Shown piece by piece: positions 37,966 through 49,900 of a stretch of DNA of 64,000 nucleotides. Every line of letters starts with the position of its first letter. Positions within the stretch are counted from its first letter, which is position 1. Below the pieces are notes generated by a model that did not search any database, was not told the origin of the DNA, and saw only the letters and a list, made by a program, of their open reading frames with translations. Made by a program: the position numbers and the translations under genes. The DNA is from Selaginella moellendorffii (taxonomy: Eukaryota; Plantae; Lycopodiophyta): the NCBI RefSeq assembly GCF_000143415.4, contig NW_003314268.1:1220768-1284767 (forward strand), in the 5' to 3' direction.

Positions 37966-38869
37966 ATGGCGGCGTGCGCTCCTACTACGATCGGGCAGCT
38001 ATCTTCCAGGCTCGTGTCGCGCGCTCCAGCGCCCGCGCCATTCCCCGGCTACATTCTTCTCAGGCCAGTGGTTTTCAGATCGCGAGTCGCGAGAGCGGCA
38101 GCGGTGCGCGCGGCGATCGAGCATTTCGACGATGCCGGGGTTGGATTGCAGGGATCGGTGTGCTTTGCTGCTCCGGAGGGCCTGGAGAGCCCCCCCGCCT
38201 CCTCACAGGAGGATCTCTCGTCGTGCCCGGCGAGAGGGAGCGTGGGTGTCGTCGAGGCGATGACCGGCAAGACGATCGACCTCAACTCCGGGGAGGTCAT
38301 CGATGCGGGGATTGGCGGCGACGGGGATATTGGGCAGCGCGGCGGCGGCGATGGCAGGGGAGGTGGCGGCGGAGGGGATGATTCCAGCGATGGAATGGCG
38401 AAGAAGCAATCGGGGGCTCTCTCGATGTCACAGAAGCTGACATTGGTCTACGCAGCTCTCGTGGGAGGTAAAGATTTTTCTTTTCTGCAATCTCGTCGCT
38501 GGAATCGATCGATCAATCGTGGTTTCTCTCTTGCAGTTGGAGGATTGATAGGATTTCTCAAGACCGGCAGCGCGAAATCCCTCTTCTCCGGAGGGATCTC
38601 TGCGCTGACACTCCTCACTGTCTACTCACAGCTCCCTGTCAACCCGGTTGGCGCTTCTTCTCTCGGTGTTGGTAAGCTCCACATCTAAGTTTTCCATGGT
38701 TTTCTCTAAGTTCTTTCGATTCTTCGCAGGTATATCGCTGCTGCTCCTGTTCGCCATGGGCTCGAGATTCAGAAACTCGGGGAAGTTCTTCCCCGCGGGA
38801 TTGGTATCGATCGTCTCGTTGATAATGTCCGGCGGATATGTTCATGGAATTCTACGTTCCAAGCACTGA
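37966..38869 (+). CDS. FAX: Plastid TMEM14/FAX (fatty acid export) family protein (exons 37966-38467, 38537-38671, 38730-38869)
   Basis: Transit-peptide-like N-terminus and Gly-rich linker, then MSQKLTLVYAALVG/VGGLIGFLKTGSAKSLFSGG...MGSRFRNSGKFFPAGLVSIVSL. Confidence 0.9.
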
Positions 38870-38964
38870 AGATTAAAAAGAGCTCTCCCCTGTTTCTAGG
38901 GTTAGGCTTTCCCCTGTTTTTAGGGTTAGGGTTTTGCGATGAGCCTCTCCTGAGTTTAGGGCTC

Positions 38965-41715
38965 ATGGCAGTGGCATTGGTGTGTTCTTGGCCGGGGCCG
39001 AGGAGCACGAAGGATCACGACGACTACATTCCAATCGAGACGCTCGCGGGTCTCTTGCGGCGATGCATCGGCGACGCGGATCTCGCGCAGGGCAGGCAAT
39101 TGCACCGGCAGATCGTCAAGCAGGGGCTGGCGCGCAACGATTTGCTCGGGAACTACCTCGTCCAGATGTACTCCAAGTGCCGCAGCCTCGACGACGCCAA
39201 TGCCGCCTTCTCGGCGCTCAGATCGCGAGGGATCGCGACGTGGAACACGCTCATCGCCGCGCAATCCTCCCCTGCCGCGGTGTTCGATCTCTACACCCGG
39301 ATGAAGCTCGAGGAGAGGGCGGAGAATCGGCCCAACAGGCTGACGATCATCGCGGTCCTGGGCGCTATCGCTAGCGGCGATCCTTCTTCCTCGTCTTCCT
39401 CCCGCGCTCAAGCGAGGATCGTCCACGACGACATCCGCGGCAGCGATCTGGAGCGCGATCTCTTCGTCGCCACCGCGCTGCTGGATGCGTATGGCAAATG
39501 CGGCTGCGTGGAGAGCGCGCTGGAGGTGTTCTCGCGGATCCAGGTACCGGATCTCATCTGCTGGAACGCGGCGATCATGGCGTGCGCCGGGAACGACGAG
39601 CGCCCGGATCGCGCGCTCCTGCTCGTCCGCCGGATGTGGCTCGAGGGGCTGCTGCCCAACCGCGCCAGCTTCGTGGCGATCCTCAGCTCCTGCGGGGATC
39701 ACTCGTCCCTGCCGCTGGCACGGTCGATCCACGCCAGAGTCGAGGAATTAGGGTTCTTGGGCGACGTGGTTGTGGCCACCGCGCTCGTCACGATGTATGG
39801 GCGGTGTGGCAGCGTCGATGAATCGATTGCGGTGTTTGAGGCGATGGCTGTGAGGAATCACGTCTCGTGGAATGCGATGATCGCAGCATTTGCCCAGTGT
39901 GGGCATCGCAGCGCGGCATTTGCGATCTACTGGCGGATGCAGCAAGAGGGATTCCGGCCAAATAAGATCACCTTCGTCACAGCGCTCAAGGCCGCGTGTT
40001 CTTCCTCTTCGCAGGATCTTGGAGAGAGCGCGGCGCTCCATGGATGGATCGCCTGCGCTGGACTGGAGGGCGATGTGATGGTGGGCACTGCGCTGGTGAC
40101 CATGTATGGCTCCACCGGCGCGATCGATCGCGCGAGAGCGGCGTTTGATGCCATCCCCGCCAAGAACATTGTGTCTTGGAACGCGATGCTCACGGCCTAT
40201 GGCGACAATGGCCGGGCGAGAGAGGCGATGGAGCTCTTCGCGGCCATGAAGAGGCAATCGCTCGCTCCAAACAAGGTGAGCTATCTCGCGGTGCTTGGAT
40301 GCTGCGAGGATGTGAGCGAGGCGCGATCCATCCACGCCGAGGTTGTGGGGAATGGGCTCTTCGCGCAGGAGTCCTCCATAGCAAACGGGGTGGTGAGGAT
40401 GTTTGCTCGCTCCGGCAGCCTCGAGGAGGCCATGGCCGCGTTCGATGCGACCGTGGTGAAAGATAGCGTCTCTTGGAACACAAAGGTGGCGGCGCTGAGC
40501 GCTCGCGAGGATCTCCACGGCGCGATCACGGCCTTCTACACGATGCAGCACGAAGGATTCAGGCCGGACAAGTTCACGCTGGTGAGTGTGGTGGATGTCT
40601 GCGCGGATCTGGGCACGCTGGAGCTTGGGCGATCGATCCAGCAGCAGCTCTCGGCGGCGATCGAGGTCGAGCGCGACGTGGTGGTGGAGAGCGCGGTGAT
40701 GAACATGGTGGCGAAGTGTGGTTCATCCGTGGACGAGTGCGAGCGATTGTTCGCGCGAATGCCCGACGATAGAAAGGATCTGGTGGCATGGAACACGATG
40801 ATCGCGGCGTACGCGCAGCACGGCCACGGCCGGAAGGCGCTCAAGCTCTTCCGGATCATGCAGCAGCGATCGTCGGTGAGACCCGACTCGTCAACTTTCG
40901 TGAGCGTTCTATCCGGGTGTAGCCACGCCGGGCTGGTCGAGGATGGAATCCACTGCTTCTTCCTGGCCAGGGAAGTGCTCGGGATCGAGCAGCAACCCGT
41001 GGAGCACTACGCCTGCCTGGTAGATGTTCTTGGCCGGATGGGCTACCTCCGCGAGGCCGAGGATTTCATCCGCAAGATGCCGCTTCCAGCAGATTCCGTG
41101 GTGTGGACGTCGCTGCTGGGTGCTTGCAGCAGCTATGGCGATCTCGAGGGCGGCGAGCGAGCGGCGCGGGCGTTTATCGAGCTGTACCGGAGCGATTCAG
41201 TCGGGTACGTGGTGCTGTCCAACATCTACGCGGCTGCTGGGCGATGGGAGGATTCGATCAGAGTGAGGGAGGACATGGCGGAGAGGCGAGTGAAAAAGAG
41301 GGCCCCAGGGAAGAGCTCCATCGTCGTCAAGAACAGGGTGCACGAGTTCTTCGCCAGGGATCGCAGCCACCCCCAGAGTGATGAGATCTACGCGGAGCTG
41401 GAGAGGTTGAAGGGATTGATCCGGGAGGCTGGGTACGTCCCGGACACGAGGTTGGTTCTTCACGACGTGGAAGAGGAGCAGAAGGAGCAGCTGCTGTGGT
41501 ATCACAGCGAGAAGCTGGCGATCGCGTTTGGATTGATCAGTGTTCCTCACCGGCATAGCATCCGCGTGATCAAGAACTTGCGGGTTTGCAAGGATTGCCA
41601 CACCGCGACTAAGTTTATCGCACGGGTGACGCAGAGAGAGATCGCGGTGAGGGATTGCAATCGGTTCCATCACTTTGGCAAGGATGGCGAGTGTTCGTGT
41701 GGAGATTACTGGTAA
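38965..41715 (+). CDS. PLS-class PPR protein with E/E+ and DYW deaminase domain (organellar C-to-U editing factor)
   Basis: 916-aa intronless ORF with repeated (V)SWNAMI and ALVTMYGRCG PPR motifs, PG box, HSEKLAIAFG, CKDCH and terminal CSCGDYW. Confidence 0.97.
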   Translation: MAVALVCSWPGPRSTKDHDDYIPIETLAGLLRRCIGDADLAQGRQLHRQIVKQGLARNDLLGNYLVQMYSKCRSLDDANAAFSALRSRGIATWNTLIAAQSSPAAVFDLYTRMKLEERAENRPNRLTIIAVLGAIASGDPSSSSSSRAQARIVHDDIRGSDLERDLFVATALLDAYGKCGCVESALEVFSRIQVPDLICWNAAIMACAGNDERPDRALLLVRRMWLEGLLPNRASFVAILSSCGDHSSLPLARSIHARVEELGFLGDVVVATALVTMYGRCGSVDESIAVFEAMAVRNHVSWNAMIAAFAQCGHRSAAFAIYWRMQQEGFRPNKITFVTALKAACSSSSQDLGESAALHGWIACAGLEGDVMVGTALVTMYGSTGAIDRARAAFDAIPAKNIVSWNAMLTAYGDNGRAREAMELFAAMKRQSLAPNKVSYLAVLGCCEDVSEARSIHAEVVGNGLFAQESSIANGVVRMFARSGSLEEAMAAFDATVVKDSVSWNTKVAALSAREDLHGAITAFYTMQHEGFRPDKFTLVSVVDVCADLGTLELGRSIQQQLSAAIEVERDVVVESAVMNMVAKCGSSVDECERLFARMPDDRKDLVAWNTMIAAYAQHGHGRKALKLFRIMQQRSSVRPDSSTFVSVLSGCSHAGLVEDGIHCFFLAREVLGIEQQPVEHYACLVDVLGRMGYLREAEDFIRKMPLPADSVVWTSLLGACSSYGDLEGGERAARAFIELYRSDSVGYVVLSNIYAAAGRWEDSIRVREDMAERRVKKRAPGKSSIVVKNRVHEFFARDRSHPQSDEIYAELERLKGLIREAGYVPDTRLVLHDVEEEQKEQLLWYHSEKLAIAFGLISVPHRHSIRVIKNLRVCKDCHTATKFIARVTQREIAVRDCNRFHHFGKDGECSCGDYW

Positions 41716-42399
41716 TATCATATTATTTGAAAACCAAAAAATTATTTTTTTTTCCTTTTTGTCGCTCTCTGTTCTTTTTCTTTGTCGTTTTTTTTGTTTA
41801 TTGAGCTCAAATGATCAAGGCTTGCGTGCGAACTATCTCATTCCCAGGATTTCAGGCTACCATTCTCAAGTGATTGGATGAGGAATGTTCTTACAGATAG
41901 TCACCAACACCTGAGGAGCATGTCTAGAGCTGGATTCGGGGACGAATATTGCATGGATCCCGACGCCACAATGCTGTCAAAGACGTGTCAATGGCCATGA
42001 CCAGGGCGTTGACAATGGCCTGAGCTGATGGATTTAGGTTTGGCCGAAGCGCGAGCTTGACAATTCAAGCTTAGATTGGTTGTCCAGTGTGAGAATCCAA
42101 GCTACCGTGACGAGCCTTCAAGCACACTGATCCCAGCCAAGGATCTTAACTGGGATGTGCACCAGTCATGTGCAAACCAGGTTGAGGCTGTGGATTCGGG
42201 TTCCGGACTGCTGCATGCTGATCCAGACAATAATTACGAGCCTTATCACGAGCTGGAACCGTCTACAGTGGCACCTCAGGGACTGTCCTACACAATATAC
42301 CGGAGGGGTGCAAAGCCGATGGGATACGAAGAACAACCACGTGAACATGATTGCATAAGCTTAGCAGGAATCCAGATTCTCCGAGAAGGGCCTTGTCCG

Positions 42400-43340
42400 A
42401 GACAATAATCCCATTGCCGCGTCGAAGGAGAGAATTCAATGTATGTGAACCCGCAGAGGAGCAGAACAAGAAGTCAAGATCACAAGGAGGAGGAGGATGA
42501 CAAGACGGCCATGAATCATGAACGCAAGAAGACAAGAAATAATACTATCCCTAGGAAATCATCAGATTGATGACAAGTGAAATTTTCAAAAGGACTTTTG
42601 CCCGCGAACGCTAGCGGTGGCCCTGGCACGCTGGTGTCCGTTTGATTCTTATCCCATGGACGGCCATAAGCCCTGTCTCTCACTTTGTGTGCTTGGTGCC
42701 ATGGTGTTCGTCGTCGACGCACTCGCGCTCAGGCTCATGGGAAGGTCCAGCGATGTGTTTGAAGATTGGAGCGTGCCCTCGATAGAAAGAAGGGAGGCAT
42801 CGATTCTCTCCAGCGATGTGTTTCCATCACAGGCACCCTCGCTCAAGGCTCTCGTCAACTCCAAGCGAGAGGCGCCCATCGATCTTCAGGTATGTTCTCT
42901 TCTCTCTCTAGGAATGCTTGCTTTAGAGAAACAAGAACTAACAAGTCCGGATGATCTCTCGCTTGATAATCCGAACCTCTACTACTGCCGGCTTCTGGAA
43001 CACAACTCGAAAGTTTGAAGTTTTGTTGTCTGATTTCCACTCGAAACTAATCACTGGTGTTTCCTCACACCTGTTTGGATCACTATTATCACTACTGCCG
43101 TCAAATGGCTATGAGGTAGTCGCAGAGCTCGATGAACTGGATGAAACTTTTCCAACTGATGGTGGTTCCTCCAATGGTGATTCTTCAGGCTTGGCTGCTA
43201 CCACAGTTAAGGTCTGGTATCAGTTTTTTCTTGCTGCACTGCTTTGTCTATATGGGACTGATGAAAATTTCTTAAACCATGCTGTATCCTCAGATACTTG
43301 GGGTTGTGGAGGATAATCATGAGCTACAACTCCCGGCTGC
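42400..43340 (+). pseudogene. Fragment of an unidentified, locally duplicated multi-exon gene; continues at 55828 after the TE insertion
   Basis: Similar to ~57900-58640 (LYYCRLLEH, VAELDE.DETFP.D, YGTDENFLN). Many stops. Family not identified. Confidence 0.45.
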
Positions 43341-45077
43341 TGAAAGGAGTGAATCGTAGTATCGATCATCCCCCCATGAATCAAAAGGAATACAAGAAAT
43401 AGGAAAGGAGGAAAGGAGAGAAGGGAACATGAAAAACCTTCCATACTCTGTTAGCCACGTCCCTTATATCCTACGTTCCGTATGATCCAGTCCGTAACAC
43501 CCTCCCTTACGAAGAACCGACTCTATCCTCAGTGTCTGAAGGGAACACTGGCTGCCACTGAAAAAGTGTGCGCAAAGATTCGAGCTCAGCCTGCGTGATC
43601 CAAGTGTCCATTTCAGAACCCGTTCCCTGCCAACGGATGAGAAAGTGAGGGACTGCTCGATGCTCGAAGGATCCGATCTGGAGCCAAGAGCTGCTTATCT
43701 TCGAAAGTTACCAAAGGAAGAGGAACTGTGGCCAAAGGTGGAAGAGGTCCGAAGTGCTGCTTCAATTCGGAAACGTGGAACGCATCATGGAGTTTTGTTG
43801 AAGCGGGAAGCTTTAGACGAAAAGCAACTTCGTTGATCTTCTCGACCACCAAGAATGGACCAAAGAACCTGGGATGAAACTTGGAGCGAGCAGCAGCTCT
43901 CCTTCCTAAGGTGTATCTCTGAGGACGGAAACGAACATAGATGTAGTCCCCAACCTCAAAAGTTCGTGAAGACCTGTGATGATCAGCGAAACGTTTCATA
44001 CTATCTCGAGTTGCAATCAGTCACTCGTGGACCAGCTGATGGAGATCTGTCAACACAGACAAGTGCTCGGAAACAATTGGTTCCGTACATGCTGGTACAG
44101 GAAAAGGGAGCTTATCCACCTGCCTGCCATATAGAACTGAGAAAGGAGAGGGTGCTGTGAAAAGCCATGTTGTCAGCAAAAGGGAGCCACATGTACCAGG
44201 ATAGTGGAAAATTTGAAGTGTAGCCACGGAGATATGCCTCCAAAGTTTGATTGGTTGGATGGTACACCAAACTAAAGCTCCCAATGTGTTGAAACAGTTG
44301 CTGCCAGAGAAACTTGGGATCTCGGTCTGAAATAATTTCGTGTGGAAGGCCATGAAAACAAATGACGTCGGAAAAGAACTGCTCAGCGACCTCCTTGGCT
44401 GTAGCAGTGGATTTCATTGGTACAAACTGGGCGACCTTGGTGAAATGGTCCATGATCACAAATATGGCATCGAAATCTCAGACAGAATGAAGACTGACAA
44501 TAAAATCCATGTTGATACTGTTGAACGGACCAGCTGCCACAGGCAAAGCATGTAACAGTCTGGGATATGGAACCATCTCATGCTTAGTTTGTTGACAAAC
44601 AAAACATTCACGTACCCATTGCTTGACCTCCTTCTGCATTCCTTTCTAGCAGCTAGAGTTGACATTCCTCCTGGATGTCTGGCCACCAAGCTAGAGTGGC
44701 ACTCACAAAAACCTGTTTGCAAAGGTCATGCCTATTGCATAAGACAATACACCCTTTTTGCCACCTCGTCAAGGACATACTTGGAATAACGTTGCCTGGT
44801 GGACAATGTCCGCATAGAATCCAAAAGAGTTGGGTCATCTTCATACTCATCACAAATGGTCTAGATGAAGTCAGATTGAAGACAGGAAATTCCATACATA
44901 GCAAAACCTTTTGGCTTTACAAACATGTGTGAAAGAGCATTAGGAATTGTATTGGAATACCTAGTTTATATTCAATCATGAAGTCAAGCTGACTAAGAGA
45001 ATATTGATGAATGAATGATGTTCGTAAGGGGGGTGCATAAACTTACAGAAGTAATTAGCAAAGCCAAGAAAACCTAA

Positions 45078-45738
45078 GTTACAAATTTTTCCTTTTCACT
45101 TTGCTAACTTACTTTGTTTATTCAACCACCACTACCTTGGCTTTAGTTAAGTTCCCTCATTAAAGTTCTTGCCTATTGTACCAACTCTTACTTAGTTTCA
45201 ACTACTCATTGCATGAGCAATAGAGTGTTAGCCATCCATCCACAAATTCTCTCTACATTAGATTAAACTTAAGATTAAATTACACTTCTCGCAAGCATAA
45301 GCAACTAAGCACACCAAGCCTCTAAGTTTCTAACATTTTTTAGTATGATAAAATTTAATTATGAGACCTTATAAATCCCAAGCCTTAAATGCATCACTTA
45401 TTTTGGGACTCTAAAGGGAAACACCATAGCTTAATAACCCAATATAAATACACTTCTATCCCAAGAGGAAAGCCCAAGCCCTTAGGAAAGAGTAAGGACC
45501 AATAAGCCACAAAGTATTTACAAGAGCTAGAAGCACTACAATCAATTTCCCTTCTAAGAGTGGAAGTTGCTTTTGAGCATTTCTTTGGGTAGTCCCTTTG
45601 GCACCACCTGAATACATGCTCACTCCTACCAAAGCCCCTAAGCCTTAGTCTCAACCTCAAGTTGGTTTGAAAGCACCATTGAAGAGTTCCTTCAAAATTA
45701 ATTCCTAGATCTCACTATACTTTTAGAACCCCCTACAA
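45078..45738 (-). mobile_element. Degraded, truncated LTR of the chromovirus family inserted in the host pol gene
   Basis: The reverse complement aligns by eye to ~5148-5875. Confidence 0.75.
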
Positions 45739-46954
45739 CGCCCAAATAAGTGATCTCTATCATCCTGAAATCACACTTAGAAAGTTTAGCTACCATGCTA
45801 TAGGCTTCAAGCACAACTAGGATATGACTCAATTGTGTAAGATGTTCACCCCACAAACTGCTGTAGATTAAAATATTGTCAACAAACACCACCATAAACT
45901 TCAATAAGAATGCTCCCAAAACTTTGTTCATGACAACATAAAATGTAACAGGGGCATTAGTAAGTCAAAATGGCATAACACAAAATTGGAAAAGTCCTCT
46001 ATAAGTGTGGAATGCTGTTTTGTGTTGATCCTCATAGACTACTCCAATTTGATAATAACCAGAATGGAGATTGATCTTGCTGAATATGTGCACTTGGCCT
46101 AGCTCATCCATGAGGTTGTCAATGCAAGGAATTGGAAAGCTGTTTTTGATGGTCACCTTGTTAAGAGCACAGTAATCCAGACATAGTCTCCATGAATTAT
46201 CTTTGTTTAGCACCAACAACATAGGTGATGCAAAAGCACTAATGCTCTCTGTGATCAGTCCTTGCTGTAAAAGGTCCTCCACCATCTTATGAACAATTTC
46301 TAGCTCCTCCCTTGTCATCCTAATGATCAGTTGAATGATAGATGTTACCCCCAATTCTAAGTCGATACAATGTTGTACTCTTGTGCAAACACTCACCAAT
46401 TCTGACACTGAGTGTTGGAAAACTGGAAGATGATACAAGCACTGTTGGTCCCGACTATGTTCAGCCGAGATTCCAACTGCTGCTGAATGTGATTGGACAG
46501 CTCCGTTTGGTGATTTAATGGTAGTTGCAGGGGCTAGATTTCCAATGCCACTATAGCAATCGCCATCGCCACTACATCTCTACTGCTTTGCTAGTTCTCC
46601 TGCTGCTATGGAGCAATCCATCTGTGAATGCCTAGCAAGGCTACATTGAATCCAACCAACTCCACTTCCTACCAGACGCATGCAGCGAGCTGAGCTCTCT
46701 AGGGCAACACTCTCTAGTCAATGGGCCTCCACTTTTGATTGAGCATGGAGCAGCTTGCCGAGGCTTTGCAAATTGCCCATGCTTGTCCCTCATCCCCTTG
46801 AATTGTAATTTATGCCCTAAAATGGAAATTATGATTCTAGTGAATCCAGCGATTTGATTCTAGAAATGGTATCTGATTGGGCATGGTCCCATATTACCAA
46901 GCTCACTCCTTATGCTTCCAGCAAAAAAATGGTGTAGCTATTGTGGAAAAAGAT

Positions 46955-49900
46955 TGTAAGGAACCAACTCCTTGAGGTGTTGAAGGCTAAAGGATCCCCG
47001 AAAGCACGACCAAAATGATAAAGAGTTTATCAAATGAAACTAAATCTGAGATCAAGTCCGAGACCGACTCTAAGACTGAGTTGAAGACTGAGTCCGAGAT
47101 TGAGTCTAAGACCGACTCTGAAACCGAGTTCGAGATCGAGTCCGAGACTAAGTTCGAGATCTAATCCGAGACCGAGTCTAGGCCAGTCCGAGATTGAGTC
47201 CAAGATCGAGTTCGAGGTCGAGTCCAAGACCAAGTCCAAATACTAATACAGGTCATGGGGTTGGGGGCTACAGAAGGTTTCAAAAGTATAGTAGGGATAG
47301 TGTGGTTTAGGAACCAATTTTGAAGAAACTCTCCAGTGGTGCTTCCAAACTAACTTGAGATTGAGACTAAGGCCAAGGGGCTTTGGGTGGGAGTGAGCAT
47401 GGACTTGAGTGGTGCCAAAGGGGCCACCCAAGGAAGTGCTCAAGAGCAACTACCACTCCCAAAAGGGAAATTAACTATGGTGCTCCCAACTCATGTGGAA
47501 TGGTACTCCACTTGAGTACCTTGCGGCTTATTGGTCCTCGGCCTTCTTAGGGGCTTAGGCCTTCCCTTTGGGATGGAAGTGGGGGAGTAGAGGTACCTAT
47601 AGCAAGACGTTAGGCCATGGTGTTTCCCCTCAGCATCCTGAAGCAAGTGTTGCACCCAAGGCTTAGGATTTAGAGGGTCCCATAATCAAGTCTTGTTGTA
47701 CCAAGGGATGTTAAGAACCTAAAGGCTTGGTGTGCTTGGCTGCTTATGCATGTAGGGAGTGTAGCCAAACCTTAAATCTGGTCTGACCTAGGGAGGGGGA
47801 TTGGGAGAGATTTGGGAATCTATGGATAGATGGCTAACACTCTGTCACTCGTGCAGTGAATAACTAAAACTAAGTAAGACCAAGTAGGAGTTGGTAAAAG
47901 AAGTAGGAACCTTGGCAAGGGAATTTAGCTAAGGCCAAAGCAGTGTTAGTTAGATAGATGAGGTAAACTGGCAAATTGGAAAGGAAAAATTTGTGGTTTA
48001 TAATTTGGTATTAGAGCATTTTCCTCAGTTTTAGCGAAGGATAGAAGCAGATTGCTGGGAAATGGCAAAGGCAAGGCATAAATGAACTAAAATGGAGACA
48101 AAACCTCCTCTAGAGTTGAAGTCTCCGGTCAAACAAAAGGCTATGTATGAGGAATCTTTGCATGAAGAGGACTCTAATGAGGAAACTTCCAAACAAGAGT
48201 TTGGTGGTGAGGTTCGGTTGTCCAAGGCTCGATTGGACATTCTAGAAGGACAATTGGCTCAAACCAATGCCCTGCTAGAGACTCTCGTACATAAGTTAAA
48301 ACATGATAAGAAGTTGAAGAAAAAGTGAAAGACTACAGATGCTAGTAGCACAGAAAGCGTGGACCCTTTGGTGGGGACTGAGCCAGAACCAAACAAAGTT
48401 GAACAAACCGAAGTGGAATCAATCTCTCAAGTAGTTCTTAAGTACAAACCAAAGCCCCACTAGTTTTCAAGGGAGTGAATGACTATAAAGTGGTGAAAGA
48501 TTAGTTTTACAATATGGAGGATTACTTCCGAGTATTGTGGTTACCAAACTCGAAGAAGGTCCCATGTGCAAAACCATACTTGGCAAATAATGCCAAGTCT
48601 TGGTGGAAAATAACAAAGGCCAATGAAAGACCGGTGACCACTTGGGAAATGATGAAGGTGAAGATCTGTGTAACTTACGTTCCTCCGAATGCTACTCTAC
48701 ACCTAAAGGATAAGCTAAGTAGGCTGAAGCAAACCAGAACCATTCAAGAGTATATAAATAGGTTTACAGCACAGAGGATACTTGTCATAGATATGGGTGA
48801 TATAAATGTGTTCCATACCTTCATATCAAGCTTGCAAACTTGGGCTCGAAGCAAGATGATGTGTTGGAACCTGACCAACTACAAGAAAGTGTTACATGTA
48901 GCTATCAATGTGCATTTCAATGATAACCTGCGAAAGGGGAACATAACGAGGTCAAGGTTCATATTTAGCAAAAGGGCCAAACTAAGGGGGAAGGGAAATT
49001 CAAGAAGAATAAGTCCTTGGGGTTCTGGAAAGGCAAATCTAATGGCCAATGAGCAAGTATATAGGGGAGTCAAAGTGAAAAAAGACAAACCCACAGATAA
49101 AAAAGTTAAGTCTACTAGTAGCATGGGAAACAATATATACTTCAACTATAGTAAAGCGGGATACTTTTCAAGGGAATGTCCCTACCCAAAGAAGGCCAGA
49201 GCCAATATGGCTATTAAGTAGGGTGAAATCTAAATTGAGGTACGTGATCTAGTCCTCAGCTCAAAGTTACTCATTACACAAACAACTTTGATACAAAGTC
49301 ATTTTTGACATCTACTAGCCCTCTGAGAGAAGCTTGAAAGTAACTTTGTTAAAATCCTTATTAACACGAGTGCTTCAGATATTTTTGTGGCTACAGACAT
49401 AGTCTAACAAGCCAAACTAACAGTGTAGTGGCTGGATGAACAAATAACTATAAAGTTTGTTCAAAGTAGCTAAAGCATCGATAAAGTACTTCGACAAGCA
49501 AGAGTTGAAGTAGGGATATAGAAAGTAGATATGAATTTCACTGTGTTGGACATGGTGGGATTTGACATAATCTTCGAGATAGATTAGTTCAATCGGTTTG
49601 TTGTAACCTTGCATGGACAAGGTAAGAACTTTATGGTACTGGCGAATGCCCGAGGAGAACGATCCAGGGTGGAGGCCTAAGATCTAAAAGTAGGGCAATG
49701 TAAGGCCAAAAACTCCTACTTGAATCTGGTGTCCACGAGAGGACAACTCACTAAAGGAACCAAGGCAGCAATGAAGAGTGACAAAAAGACGGGAACAAAA
49801 GAAGTGCTTTTAGTGATCTAGTGGGTGTTGGACCAATTCTAAGATACCATGTTGGAGGAGCTACCAGTGGGGTTACCCCCCGAACAATCGATAGAACACA

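Noticed and set aside
38897-38962. Interstitial telomere array
   Set aside because: Only a few scattered TTAGGG/TTTAGGG units are present, better read as telo-box-like promoter motifs.
38956-41721. Long antisense and alternate-frame ORFs over the PPR gene (likewise over sufB, TLP and JAZ)
   Set aside because: These are expected shadows of GC3-rich coding sequence and contain no motifs.
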